A DNA stretch of 64,000 bases from Podarcis melisellensis (Eukaryota): assembly GCA_964234715.1 (NCBI GenBank), contig OZ174281.1; one strand, 5' to 3'. The position numbers and the translations under genes are program-made. Shown in pieces: positions 51,070-63,200 of this stretch. The notes under the pieces were generated by a model. That model made no database searches and was not told the origin of the DNA. It was given only the letters and a program-made list of their open reading frames with translations. Positions within the stretch are counted from its first letter, which is position 1. Each line of letters opens with the position of its first letter.

Positions 51070-51787
51070 CAACACATGAAAGAAACAGGACACGAAATTA
51101 ATTTTGCAGATTCCAAATTGCTCTTTAACATGGAACATCACCACAAGAGAATAATCATGGAAGCCATCGAGAAAGAGAAACACCCTCACAACATGAACAA
51201 GCGTGACGACACATCCCGCTTGCCAGACATCTGGAAATTAGCCCTCCCCACAAAAACTGACACCAGATCCAGAGGCACACAGAACGCTATCACCAATCAA
51301 CCACACCAGACCCAAACCCAGACCCTCTCCACAGATAAATTACAGACACCATCCAGTAGCCAAACCATGGTGGCACCTCCGGATGCTGCACCCCCCTGCA
51401 ATCCCTACACAGATCTGGCTGACACAGGCCACAAAACCACAGCTCGCCCCTATACACGAAGCCAAGCCAGAGCCCAACTAAGTGCAGTACAGCCATCTTC
51501 TCAGAAAAACTCTTCACAAAGTTCAAGAGGTCAAGACACAAAGATTTTAGCAACTAATCCACACCTAATGACCCACCTAAGTGGTACTCAGGATATCACT
51601 CAAGAAATCACTCAAGATATCCCTCAAGTAATTAAGGAACAAAAGAAGAAAAGGCACACTAGCCTGGGAACTTCCTCTCTGCCCAGAACATTGGAGGCTA
51701 TACACCACACCCCCTCAACAGTATTTATAGGAACTCAAACACTGAGATCCTGCTCTGTTCCAGTAACAAGAAGCCGAAAGCACCAGC

Positions 51788-51821
51788 CTGAAGATGACGA
51801 GTGAGACCTCGTCGAAACGTC
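51788..51821 (+). ncRNA. Minimal hammerhead ribozyme motif (PLE type), + strand arm
   Basis: CTGAAGA-T-GACGAG-tgagac-CTCGTC-GAAA-CG-TC: CUGANGA box, perfect 6-bp stem II, GAAA box, palindromic ACGT in place of stem III, UC cleavage site. Confidence 0.75.
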
Positions 51822-51868
51822 GCCTAGACACCCCAACTTTTACACGGGAAGACACCCGAGGACACCAA

Positions 51869-51871
<3 letters not shown>

Positions 51872-51921
<50 letters not shown>
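51872..51921. repeat. (TA)n microsatellite, right flank of the PLE
   Basis: Pure AT run. Confidence 0.98.
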
Positions 51922-51927
<6 letters not shown>

Positions 51928-52509
51928 ATCGGTCCATCACCGTTTGCTCCTATACACGTGCTTCCCATCCCTGTGCAAGTCTTGCAGAGGAAAGATCTGC
52001 AGCCTCTCAGAGAATTAAACTGCAAGTCAAACACAAGACGATAGTGTTACTGATATTTATTTTGACTTCATTTTTCCTTTCTTTCAGCAATTGCAATTAA
52101 ATTCTGAAAGATCGCTGCATACTGCCTCCCCTCTTTTCCCCTCCCCATTCTTGCCTTGCAGTTGCTGCATAAGCCCTGACTTTTTGACTTGTTTCAAAAT
52201 GGTGACAGATAGCACCATGGGCTTGCTCATGTTCATTAACTCTTCTTTTCACCATTTCATGATAGTTTCTGTGAGAAACTAGCTAATGTCATTTTCTCTC
52301 CCACCCATTCTGGTGTTTGTTGCCCCCTAAAGTGCTGCTTCTGTAAGATCTGATTTTTTTAAAAAAACATTATTGGGTCTGCATATATTGGAAAACCGTT
52401 CATTGCTCATGAATTATTGTGAATGCAGTTCTTCTTTCTGCTTGCAATACATATCATTAGACATCCTCCCTGTATCCCTCAGAGAACTGCATGAAAAGTA
52501 CAGTGGACA

Positions 52510-52675
52510 GGGAAGGGCCATAGCTCAGTAGCAAGAACATCTGCTTGGCATGCAGAAGGTCATAGGTTTAGTGCCCAGCTAACTGGGAGACACCTCCACC
52601 TGAAACCCTCTTCCAGTCACTGTTGGCAGTACTAACCTAGGCAGACCAGTGCTGTGACACTGTACTCCTATGTTC
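52510..52675 (+). mobile_element. Degenerate tRNA-derived SINE with CR1-like tail (Squam2-like); related copies near 44370-44560 (-) and 13546-13680 (-)
   Basis: gggccatagctcagtag...gcatgcagaaggtc tRNA-like head; cctatgttc tail. Confidence 0.6.
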
Positions 52676-52795
52676 AAAATAATCTCTTTCCAAAACTTGA
52701 TACCCAATTTACGGTCCTTAGTATAAGACAGTTTGCAACATAATTCTGTAGAACAGAGATGTTCCTCCTTAACTGACTGGTGTTTTTTGAAACAG

Positions 52796-52900
52796 GCCAC
52801 AGCTCCTGTGAACATTCCAGGAACAACAAAGTTCACTCCCAATGGAAATAGCTTTAGCATCTCCTGGCAATCGCCCCCAGTTACCTTCACTGGCATTCCA
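52796..52900 (+). CDS. ZNF704: ZNF704 coding exon 7
   Basis: aaacag|GCC; [35 protein letters not shown]; donor CCA|GTAAGT. Confidence 0.95.
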
Positions 52901-55030
52901 GTAAGTAGAAAACCAACAAAATAGAACAACGGGAGGTTTTATTTATACCAGGGATTCAGAATCGTCCTTCCAGATGTTGCTGGACTCCAACTCCCAACAG
53001 CCCTAGCCAGCATATGGACCATTGTCGTGGAAGAAGGGAGCTGCAGTCCAGCAACATCTGGAGGGCCACAGGTTCACTATCCCTGCTTTTATATTGCGGT
53101 ACATGCCTGGAAGCAGGCACTGTTGTCCTTTGTCCAGGTGAACATTCCTTTGTAGCAGTGCTCTGTCCTCTTCCGCCTGCCCTGCCCAGATCTGTAATTT
53201 GTGGGTGCCTTGTTGAGATCAAGAGAGTCTAGTGGGAGCTGAGTAGAAAGACTGGCAAATGAACACAGTATTCCAGCTGTGAATCAACTAGTCCCCGCTG
53301 CCAACTGCTTGCATTCTGGACCTTACATTGATGCTTCTTACTGTAACATGCAGTATCAAAGTGTTTCTCCTCTGGCACCACGATCCTGAATAGGTGATAC
53401 TCCCTAAAGTTACAACAGTTAATTCTGACGTCCTCCAGTCCATTGGATTTGTAAGCCTCATAGGACACTGGCTTGATGGTTTCTCCTCTTCCCTTCCCTG
53501 CATTATTTTTGTTGACATGTGATCCATTGTAATCCCATATTGCTTTCTATCATTCTTCTGCCCAGCTGCTTATAGCCTCTTTGTTTGCCATTTCTCCCTG
53601 CCTTGCATTTCCCCAACACAAATGGCTCCTATAAGTAAATTATGTTCTAATTTTTATTAAAATGATTGTTCCACCATTTAAATGATTGCCATCAGAGCAT
53701 AACCCTCCTTTTCCATATCAAAGTGTTTTACCTAAGGCCACACGTTCCAAATTTTCCATTTCCTGCAAATGCACGCTGGCTGTACAAAGCCTCTGCTTAC
53801 TGACAGTGTGAATTAGGCACCGATAAGGTACTGCCCGCTTCTTCCCTCTCTTCACCAAGTGAATCACAAAAGCCTCTTACTGTCAACCTTTGGCATGTCT
53901 TGGAGGTTTTCTGTGGAGTCTGTGGTCTCCTGCTGAGCTGATAAAAAATGAAAGTAGCTGAATCAATTACATTGCTTTCTGCCAATGAATATTTATTAAA
54001 TTCTATCAAGGAACAGCTAGCGGTGAAAGGCATCATGCTGGTAGCAATTTGAACAAGAGACTCTTAACAGAACATGCTGCGCATAAAATACTCCCAAAAT
54101 TTGATTTCATGACAATACGGTTGATCTAGAATAATTATAAAGGTGGCTTGTTCTCTGTGGCGCTGTAGAAAATTGGCTGAAGTAGCACAAGAAATCCAAG
54201 AATCTTATTAGTCACTCTATAAACCAGATATTGCAGGCAACTGGATTAGGTGTGTAGGTATTCACAGAGCTTCATGCAATGCCAGTGATCTTTCGCCTAT
54301 AATGACTTACTATTCCCAACAAAATTAAACCAAGTAAATAGTTCAAGTGAATTAGAAAGTGCATGATTTTTAAAATTAAAAATGCAACAAAACAGTTTAA
54401 TATAAAGGATTTTCCAGTTTTCATAGCAATACCGAAATGCATATTTAGATGAACATAATTCCGTGTGTTTCAAATTTGTATTGTTTCAAAGTACTTTTTA
54501 AAATCACAGCTATGTAATTTTGACATGTGTTACACTTAACTCCTGGGAAGGTGCCGTAGCTTCCACTAGCATAACAATTTAGTTGAATACGGATGAAAGA
54601 TTATAAGGAATCAATATCATTGTCTGGAGCATTTTCCCATTTCACTGTAGTTCTCTAGATGAGTCCATATATTATCCCAGAAGCTAATAAAATGTTGAAG
54701 CTGAATAATGAAAGCATTAATCCTGAATTTCTCTTGGAATATACAGGTGTGCCTCCAATGGCTTTTCTGGAGTGTCTGATAGCAGTCGATTCTTTTGCCC
54801 TAACTTTATATACCAGGATGGTTGCAGGCAGAAATCTCTTTGCAGTTTGCATTAAAATTTCACTGCATTGGCCAAACATTGATGAAGTCTTGATGAAGCT
54901 ATGTAGGCTTTTCTTGGAACAGACTCATTAATGGTCTGTCACTTGAGTAGCAGCCTCCTTGTTTATTATGTGTTGAATGTCTTGTCTTTTTCACCCTGTG
55001 ATTTGGAATGTCATAGGACCAAGTGCCAAA

Positions 55031-55390
55031 GGGACGTGGGTGGCACTGTGGTCTAAATCACTGAGCCTTTTGGGCTTGCCGATCAGAATGTCGGCGGTTC
55101 AAATTCCTGGGACGGGGTGAGTTCCCATTGCTCGGTCCCTGCTCCTGCCAACCTAACAGTTCAAAAGCATGTCAAAGTGGAAGTAGATAGGTACCGCTCT
55201 GGCAGGAAGGTAAATGGTGTTTCCGTGTGCTGCTCTGGTTTTGCCAGAAGCGGCTCAGTCATGTGGGCCACATGACCCAGAAAAACTGTCTGCGGACAAA
55301 CGCCGGCTCCCTCGGCCTGTAAAATGAGATGAGCACCACAATCCCAGAGTCGTTCGCAACTGGACTTAACTGTCAGGGGTCCTTTACCTT
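55031..55390 (+). mobile_element. Sauria SINE
   Basis: TSD TAGGACCAAGTGCCA(A/G)A at 55014-55030 and 55391-55407; cctttaccttt tail. Confidence 0.92.
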
Positions 55391-56124
55391 TAGGACCAAG
55401 TGCCAGAGATTCAGTGCCCTGATGGAAGATTAAAGTGTGTTTTGCTTCTGTTGCAACTAGATATTGGTACTAAGAGAGTGCAGGAAGCAGCGTCTTTGAA
55501 TTACAGGAAGGTTCTGATTAAACCTAGGGAAGACATAACAGTTGTGCATAAGTCATGAAGTCTTCCTTGAGCATTTTAAAGGGAAGTCCAAATAGTCACC
55601 TGCTAGGGATCAGTAGTGCTGGCTCGTTCAAACTGCAAAGTCTACTATTAAACTTCCCCTTGGCCCCATAGCTGCTGGTTCTGGTGGGTATGCCAGTCCC
55701 CATCTCTTCTCCCGCACCACCATTCATTTCTTTATGATGTTGGATATGCCAGAGAATTTGAGACAAATGCAGTAGAAGAGGGATGAGGCAGAGGAATTGG
55801 AATAAATGTTCAGCAGGGCAATGTAGTATAGTCCTACATGGAACCAGGCTAGTTCAGATATTTGTCGAGGGACACTGCATGTTCAGATGTTCCCTGTCAC
55901 TTAACATTTCTTTCCATGCATATGGAGGCGGGGAGGCTGAATCTTTCTCTTTTTTTAACATGAGACGCATTCAGTTCTGCCATGTGCTCCGCTGAATGCT
56001 TGGCTTGGCTGTTGGAGAGCCAATGGGGTAGAGGAGCCTTTAGGAAATGCAGTACATATAATCCATTGTGTCCCTTCCCATTGAAATTCTGTAATCAGAA
56101 TTGTATTTTCATCTCTGCTTCTAG

Positions 56125-56222
56125 ATTTCACCAACTCACACACGTCCTGCAGGGAGTGGAGAGCAGAAGCAGCAGATTCAGACCATTCTGTCATCCCCTC
56201 CTAGACTGTCAGTTGGACTAAG
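56125..56222 (+). CDS. ZNF704: ZNF704 coding exon 8
   Basis: cttctag|ATT; ISPTHTRPAGSGEQKQQIQTILSSPPRLSVGL(R); donor AG|GTAAGA. Confidence 0.92.
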
Positions 56223-57183
56223 GTAAGAGACGTTTTGCTTTTGACAGCAAATCACTAAATTAATTGAGGGTATGACTGTAAATTATTTGCTTCCCCTCCA
56301 TTACATATGTTTCGATGAAATTCTTTTCAATATAACTAGACAGCAAAATAATATTGAAAATGTTTTTAAAATCATTATTGAAACATTTTTTTTGTTCACA
56401 AATCCCATTAAATTCTTTCTCAGTCCAGAAAAATAAGTACAAAGCCCATCTTCCATCTCTTCTTAAAGAAAAGTTTGTGTCCACTGATTTGCTCCTTGGC
56501 TAGGAAATGAGAGGGGAAAGGGGGGGGCGGGAATCCTTGAAATATCAGAGAATATAACTTTGCTCCTTTCTTGGAGTTGAAAGGAGATTGATAAAGGGCA
56601 TGTGAAGAGGGTGTGTTTTTTTTAATGAAATGGGTCTGAAGGAGTGACTTTTTGTTTTACCAAATGAGGATGAAGGATTCTTGCTAACTTCACTTGTAAA
56701 GATTTATGCTGCCATCCTATATTCACTTACCGTGGGAGTAAGCCCCACTGAACTGATTGGATTTACGTCTGTGTAGACACTCATAGAATTGCACTCCTAG
56801 CAGAATAGTTGCCTCATATTTGACCCTTCAAAGAAAATTTATGGAGTAGTAGAATAGCTGGTTATTCATGTTAAAATAGCTATGGAAAGAAAACCAAGTA
56901 TTCCATTCTGTCGAAATTTTTCATTGGTTTACAAAAAAAACCTCCTTCCATTCACCCCAACCACCACAAAACTAGTCTCAATTGGATAGACTTCTCCTGA
57001 TTCTATGCTCCTTGAAGCACTTTCCCATTTTGGTTGTCTTTTACATCCTTTTTCAACTCCAGTCTGAGATAACTGGGCTCAAAGTAATCTTTGGATTTCC
57101 AGTAATACTTATAGCAAATTCTCCATGTCAGTATTTTAGATGAAATAACCATAAACCAGCTTTCCTTCTCATTATTCTGACAG

Positions 57184-57295
57184 AAAACCGAGAGGAGAGG
57201 GGAAGAAATGTCGCAAAGTGTATGGGATGGAGAACAGAGATATGTGGTGCACAGCTTGTCGATGGAAGAAGGCCTGCCAGAGGTTCATTGACTAA
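57184..57295 (+). CDS. ZNF704: ZNF704 coding exon 9 (C-clamp domain, stop)
   Basis: tgacag|A; [39 protein letters not shown]. The four-Cys C-clamp is shared with ZNF395, SLC2A4RG and TCF E-tails. Confidence 0.96.
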
Positions 57296-60200
57296 AGTGT
57301 GGAAAAAACGATGGAGGGGTATGGAGTGATTTATGGCAGGATTTTCTCGCTACAGCCAGGCTGTGTGATTTTCTTCTTCTTTTTCTGTCCACTTCCTTCA
57401 GTGCTGGCTTCTACTTTGCACTCTAAGGTGAAGTAGTTATACCCCAAGAGAAGGACTTCTTCGAAGCCAACATGCAGCAATATAGTGGGAAACAAACAAA
57501 AACAAAACCTTCAAAAAGTTTTGAAGCAGGAGCAGCTATATGTCTTTTTTTTCTTTAAAAGAAAAAAAAGAAAAGAACTCTTTAATAACCTTGAACAATT
57601 TGCCTGCCGGGACCATGTGTTTTTTCACACTGCATTATTGTCTGTGTTGTGAACTTTGGGGTGGGGGGGTGGGGAATCAAGTGATACTTCTTTTCCTAAA
57701 ATGTTTATGCACCCAAATGCATAACATAAGCTACAGTTTTCTCAAGAGCAGCTCTCCCGGGAGTGGTGAATAATTATAATGAGAGCAAGTCTTGCTTCAG
57801 AGGTGGGAAGTGTCCTTTAGAGGTACTAGGATGCGGCTTTGCTGGAAAGACAAGCATCCTTGTGAAGAATCTTTTGTGAGAGGTCTCAAACCTGAAGCCC
57901 AAGCACGAGTCTTGTTTCTGTGCTAAAGGAGGATACCTGGAGAGGGCAGGGGAATCACCAGCACACCCAAACTAAAAAGTACAACCACAAGTGGGAAGGG
58001 AGTCAATAACATTAAACGACCTTCGGTTAAAATAAGAATAAGAACTTGGGTTCCAATATGATCTTCCTAGAAGTGATTGCAGGAAAATTCTTTGTGCTAA
58101 AGGTCCTGGGCAGCCATGTGGACTTTTGTCAGCATTTATTCAGGGATGTGACGATCCAAACCAGCAGCTTCCTTCCCTGCCTTTTTATATGACATTCTGA
58201 AATTTACAGATCAGTTAAAATACAAGGCATTATTTCTGGGGGTAAAGGCTACATGGAGGAAAACAGCTCAACAACAACAACTTAAATGCTTTCCAATAAG
58301 TAAAATATGAGTGTAGCATAGCAGTTATATGTGTATATAAAAAAATCCTTAGAGGGTAAAGTTGTTTCAAGGTCAGAAATAAAAGGTCTTCAAGCTGCCT
58401 TGCACTTTGATAGGTCTTGGTGCTTGAGTGTAATTTAGTATCGGGTTGGGGTCCATTAGAAGGCACAGATTATATTAGTGGGGTGGTGGCTGAGCGAGCT
58501 TTTGAAAATCAGTGGGGAAAATGCATACAGGTAGATAGAAATTGTTTGCCTGGGCAGGCCCTACTAAAACAAAATGAGACTGGCGCAATAGCACAATGGG
58601 GTGCTTGTTCTTAAAACGTCCTGGTGGATTTTGTCCTGTGATATTGACTCAGGTGGAAAAAGAATGGTATCCCAAGTTGGGAAAACAAGAGCAAGAATGG
58701 AAGCCTATGTGGATGTCAGTCCAACTATTGCATGACTACAAGTCATAGGCAAATTTTATTTTTTGTAAGACCACAGATACTGGTGTCTACCGATGGCTAT
58801 GGGGGGGCAGCACAACATTTAATTGGAGCACAGAATCTATAGCTAGGGTTGGTCCTCATGCAAACTTTTTTTAAAAAAAATAGCTTTAATAATAGGCCTC
58901 TTCCTTTGTAGGGTTCTGTACAGGTAAGCCTAAGATTCCAAAACAAGCGTATTTGGGAAACGACTGAGTTGCATCCATAGGGTTCTCCCATGTAAGCAGC
59001 CTCAAAAGAAATTCAAGCAGTTTTCTCTAACACCTCCAAAGAACACAATCCTACAGATCTTGAGCTGATGCAGTCAGTCTTAACAGCTGCGGGATAAGGG
59101 TCATGCCCTCCTGGAGATGTGGCAGTGAAATAACAGAAGGCATGAGTTTGATACAAAATGACATTTAAAAAAAACAACAATGAATAGTCTTGTTACTCTA
59201 CATGGCAACTGTTTAGATCTAGCCTGACCATTAAAGTTAAAGAAAAAGTAATATTTGAGAGGCAGAGGAGTGAAGCCTTGTTTTTAGTTGCATCTTCAAA
59301 TGTAAGCGGTGTTTGACAAGACTACCAGCAATGCATAGTGTTTATGTGATCAGGAAGCTAACTGCTAATTCCAGAGTTGTATACGTAATGTAACAGTCCC
59401 TCCATGTGTTCATGCTTTAATTTGTAATGTGTTAGGTTGCAGTCATACTTTTGTGTTGCCATATATCTCTGAGTGTTCACAATGATCTGTTTGAGGTTCA
59501 CTGAATAGGGATCACCCATAACCTCTGTTTGGACCTGTTGCTTGGAGATGAGTACAAACATTAACCTACTTCCTTAATGTTCAGGGGGAGAAAAGGTAAG
59601 GCACAGTTTCATTCCTAATGTTGCAATGTTTGTAGAAGCCATGCTTGCTAAAAGACCCAGGTCCAATTCCTGGCATTTCCATTAAAAAACCTTAAACAGG
59701 ACTATGAAAGACCTCTGCATGAGGCCTTCTTAGAGAGCCACTACCATTTGGAATAGATGTTATTGGCATCAATAGACCAAGAGTTTGACTTTGCAATCAC
59801 ATGTTTTAAGAAGAATGAAGTACCGCAGAAATATTTTGCACTAAAGAACAAATTCTTTATCAATTAAATGTTCCAGCTGAAGTTCACATGGTCCTGTTCT
59901 AGTTCTGTGGCGTTTTCACAGGACAATATTGCCATACAAGTTGCAGAATGATAACTCACATTCAAATAAACCATTAATATGACTCAAGGTCACAAAACCA
60001 GAAAGTGTAAGGGCAGAGGATGGTAAATATTTAGGCTGTTGACAGGCGGGGCCGGGGCAGGTATTGGAAATACATAATAAACTAGAAACCCATAGCTGGT
60101 ATTTCATTGCATGTATTTATGGATATGATTGGAAATTCTGTTTCAGGATGGTTGCATATGATAGGGACTGTACCAAATTATTATTGGTGCTCTCAAATGT

Positions 60201-63200
60201 TCAGAGCTGAAGTCAGCCCTTGACATATCTAAATATTCACAAGAGTTGAAAACCAATGTTTGACCCTTGAACGTTTTAGCATTTTTGTCAGGCATTTTCA
60301 ACTTAACTCTGCATTCATGAGGGCTAGAAACACTGAAACATGATCTTCCCAGGATAGTGCCTGCTGAATATTGCCCATGACACTCTGTCTTAATGTGATA
60401 GCGTTCATAAAAATTAATCAGCATTGACAACTTATTTCTCCCATCTCCATTTCTCTGCTCTGCAAAGCTTTCTTATACTGTGTATGGTTCAAGTCTCGAA
60501 CGGTGGGAGTGTTCCATGTGGCAACACTGAGATAGTGTTTGTTTGTTTGTTTGTTTGTTTGTTTGTTTGGACTACTGTTTGCCATAGCTAGGTTTAAGGC
60601 CAAGCTGCCCTAAGATAGGATTTGGTTGTTTACTCAATGACTGAACCACCTTATAAGTGATTCTACTAGATCTCTGATAGGAAGAGAAGAGCATAATTTT
60701 ACAATAGAACTGCTTGAGCTTGCCTTGTTGTACATAGTAACTGCTTGTTCTAAAATTGCTTACAAAATAACATTTTTTTATTGTTGTAGAATTTCAATAG
60801 GGTTTGGAAAACCACAGAAAGTAGGTCATTAGCTAGAATTGTAATTATGCCAGCTCGTCAGGTGAGAAAAAGGCTACACTGAACCACAGGTGGCTGCAGT
60901 GAATTATTTAAAGGCTTTTTTTTAAAAAAAAAACTTGCTGAAGTCCATTCATTTCAGTGGGTCTACTCTGAGTGAAGTTTATTTGGATACAGCCCAGTTT
61001 TGAATGTCTGACCATGTCAGAGTTAGCCATTTCTTGGATTAACCCGTTGATAACTGTCTTGTGGTTAGTGTTATACATGAAAATTACTCCACCACAAAAA
61101 AAAATATGCACGGGACTTGTAGCTCAGTGGAAGTTTTTATTCTACTGCCCCTTTGAAAAACCGCCTCTTTCATTTCAAAAGAAGTTGAGCATGCAGTGGA
61201 AGAAAACAAATCTGATGCTTCTTGAACTCACACAATTGTTTCTGGTTCTTTGGTTCTTTGTCTCTGATTCTAGTTGAAATGTGGAATATGCTGTTGTCAA
61301 CCTGATCCCTATTCTAAAGATCCACCCCATCCTAAACTGTGAATCTTACCATAGGCTTGCCCCCTAATTGTTATCTCCCCACCCCGCCCTATTGACTCTT
61401 AAAATTATGTAAATAAATTATTTCCCTCAGGGAAGGAAAACAAAAAGAATAGCAATATAGTTTTGTTTTAAATAGAATTGGTTGAGCACAGAGAGAGATG
61501 TAAAGTATAAAAAGTTTTTGTTTTCTAGCCAGATTTATTCAATAAAATTTGAAAAATTAGTCCCTTGAAATTGTTTATAGAAACAAGCATTTATCTTAAT
61601 CTTGTGTATCTTCAGTAATGCGGGTTTTGAAAGGTGACATGTGTTTATATTAGGAATTGAATTCCAGTGGACTCTAATTCAATTGGCAGTTGACCATTCT
61701 TTCTACAATCACACTGCTCAAGTGTCAGCAACAGAATGACCATTCATTAAAAAAAGTAAGTTTATTATGTGCAAATAGTGTGTCTTTCAAAGACAAAAAG
61801 GTATTTGGACATTGTCAAGCCAGTCATTCCTATGCCCTGTATTAGAGTGGATCAACATTGGACGTCCACTTGCTCCCCAGTGATCCTCTCCCAAAGGAGA
61901 AATTAAATTCTTTCCCAGGCAATACCGGTCTTATCTGTACCCAAGGCGTTGCAGAATCCACTTTCAGGCATCTTTTCAGTCCCAAAATAGGCAGCAGATT
62001 CAAGGGGGTGCCAAGTGCATGAAAACTCAGTATTGTGCTGGGGGAAAACAGGCAAGGAAGAAGCTGTAAGACAGGTTGAGGTTTGTTTCCCTTCTGATCT
62101 GTGTTCAGATGGGATCTTCTTACCAGAGCTTTTTAAAATTGTTATTTATTTTTTCTTTATAGATTTGTTTTAATGAAGCTCCCTCTGTGTTTACTTCATG
62201 TCAGCAAGATAGAATTTTAAATAAAAAATGAGATTTATTCATATTCCTGCATATGAAAATATGGCATAATTGGCCTTTTTGTGGCTACACATACAAGAAA
62301 CCCAACAAAAGGCAGTACTTTTGTATGTGAATGAGGGGCCACCAATCCTTTATCTGAGCATAATGTAATACTGTTTTTGTATAGTCCCATTCTGTCAAAA
62401 CACCTGGCCCTCAAGTCCAGTATATAGTGCATGATTCCTTTTCGTGATCAGAGCTCCCATAGGGATGCTGATCTTGCGAGAACTTTAGTATTCATTTTCC
62501 ACAAAACTTTTTGCAAAAGTTAAAGTCTGCCCAAAGAAACACACAGAGAGAGGTGTTGTTCTGTATATTAAGAACATAAAAAGAGCCTGCAGGATCAGGC
62601 CTATGACCCATCCAATTCAGAGTCTTTTTTAAAAAAATAATTAAAAATTGCCAACCAGATGCCAATGAGAAACTGATTATAATCAGTTCCTTGGAAATTT
62701 GGGGTGCCCCAGTGTGAATATAGTAATGGCCAGGAAGCTGCTAGGCATTGCAGGTGTTCCAGAATCTATTGCACCAGACAAAAGAGTAGGAGTTGATTGG
62801 CAGACAAATTAGAGTCAGGTGGATTGTCTGAGGAAAAGAGGTTTTTGAGCGTCGTCGTTCTGTGTGATTTTCTGTCTTAGGAGTCCCTAGTTCAGCAAAA
62901 CATTTAAGCTCATGTTTAATTTAACTTGCTTATGTTTTTTGAATTAGGACTACTTAACAATGAAGCTGAGTCCCTTACACTATTAGGGTGCTAGAATGTG
63001 ACATTATATTTCTAATATTGTATTTATACATTTACATTGCACGACAATCTGGATTTTTTTAAGGTGCCATGCCATTTGTTGTATAGATCCAGAAAGCTTT
63101 TTTTTTCTCCCACAATTTATATATAAAAGGGAGAAGTAATTAAAGATATGCCAAGAAATAGCAAGCTTAATTGGCTCTTTACAAAATGTTGTAAAATTAA

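Larger units (their letters stand above)
49259..51871 (-). mobile_element. Penelope-like retroelement (Poseidon/Penelope type), 5'-truncated, with an inverted copy of its 3' end
   Basis: Minus-strand body 49259-51069 encodes RT and GIY-YIG. 51068-51871 is the reverse complement of 49293-50096. Flanked by (TA)n on both sides. Confidence 0.93.
14624..57295 (+). other. ZNF704: ZNF704 gene, coding span (9 coding exons, 524 aa predicted)
   Basis: Joined exons give MQARRLAKRSSLGSRR...[10 protein letters not shown]...[19 protein letters not shown]...[26 protein letters not shown]...[30 protein letters not shown], matching my recollection of mammalian ZNF704/Zfp704. Exon lengths 312+248+104+233+101+262+105+98+112=1575 nt, with compatible phases. 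Confidence 0.96.

Noticed and set aside
51070-51189. N-terminal 40 aa of the 609-aa ORF as a real PLE N-terminus
   Set aside because: It is the antisense of the inverted arm and is identical to the start of ORF 49975. The true RT is truncated at motif A.
50968-51804. 278-aa + strand ORF as an independent gene
   Set aside because: Chimera: about 33 aa of antisense RT read-through fused to the inverted copy of the PLE C-terminus. It has no native start.
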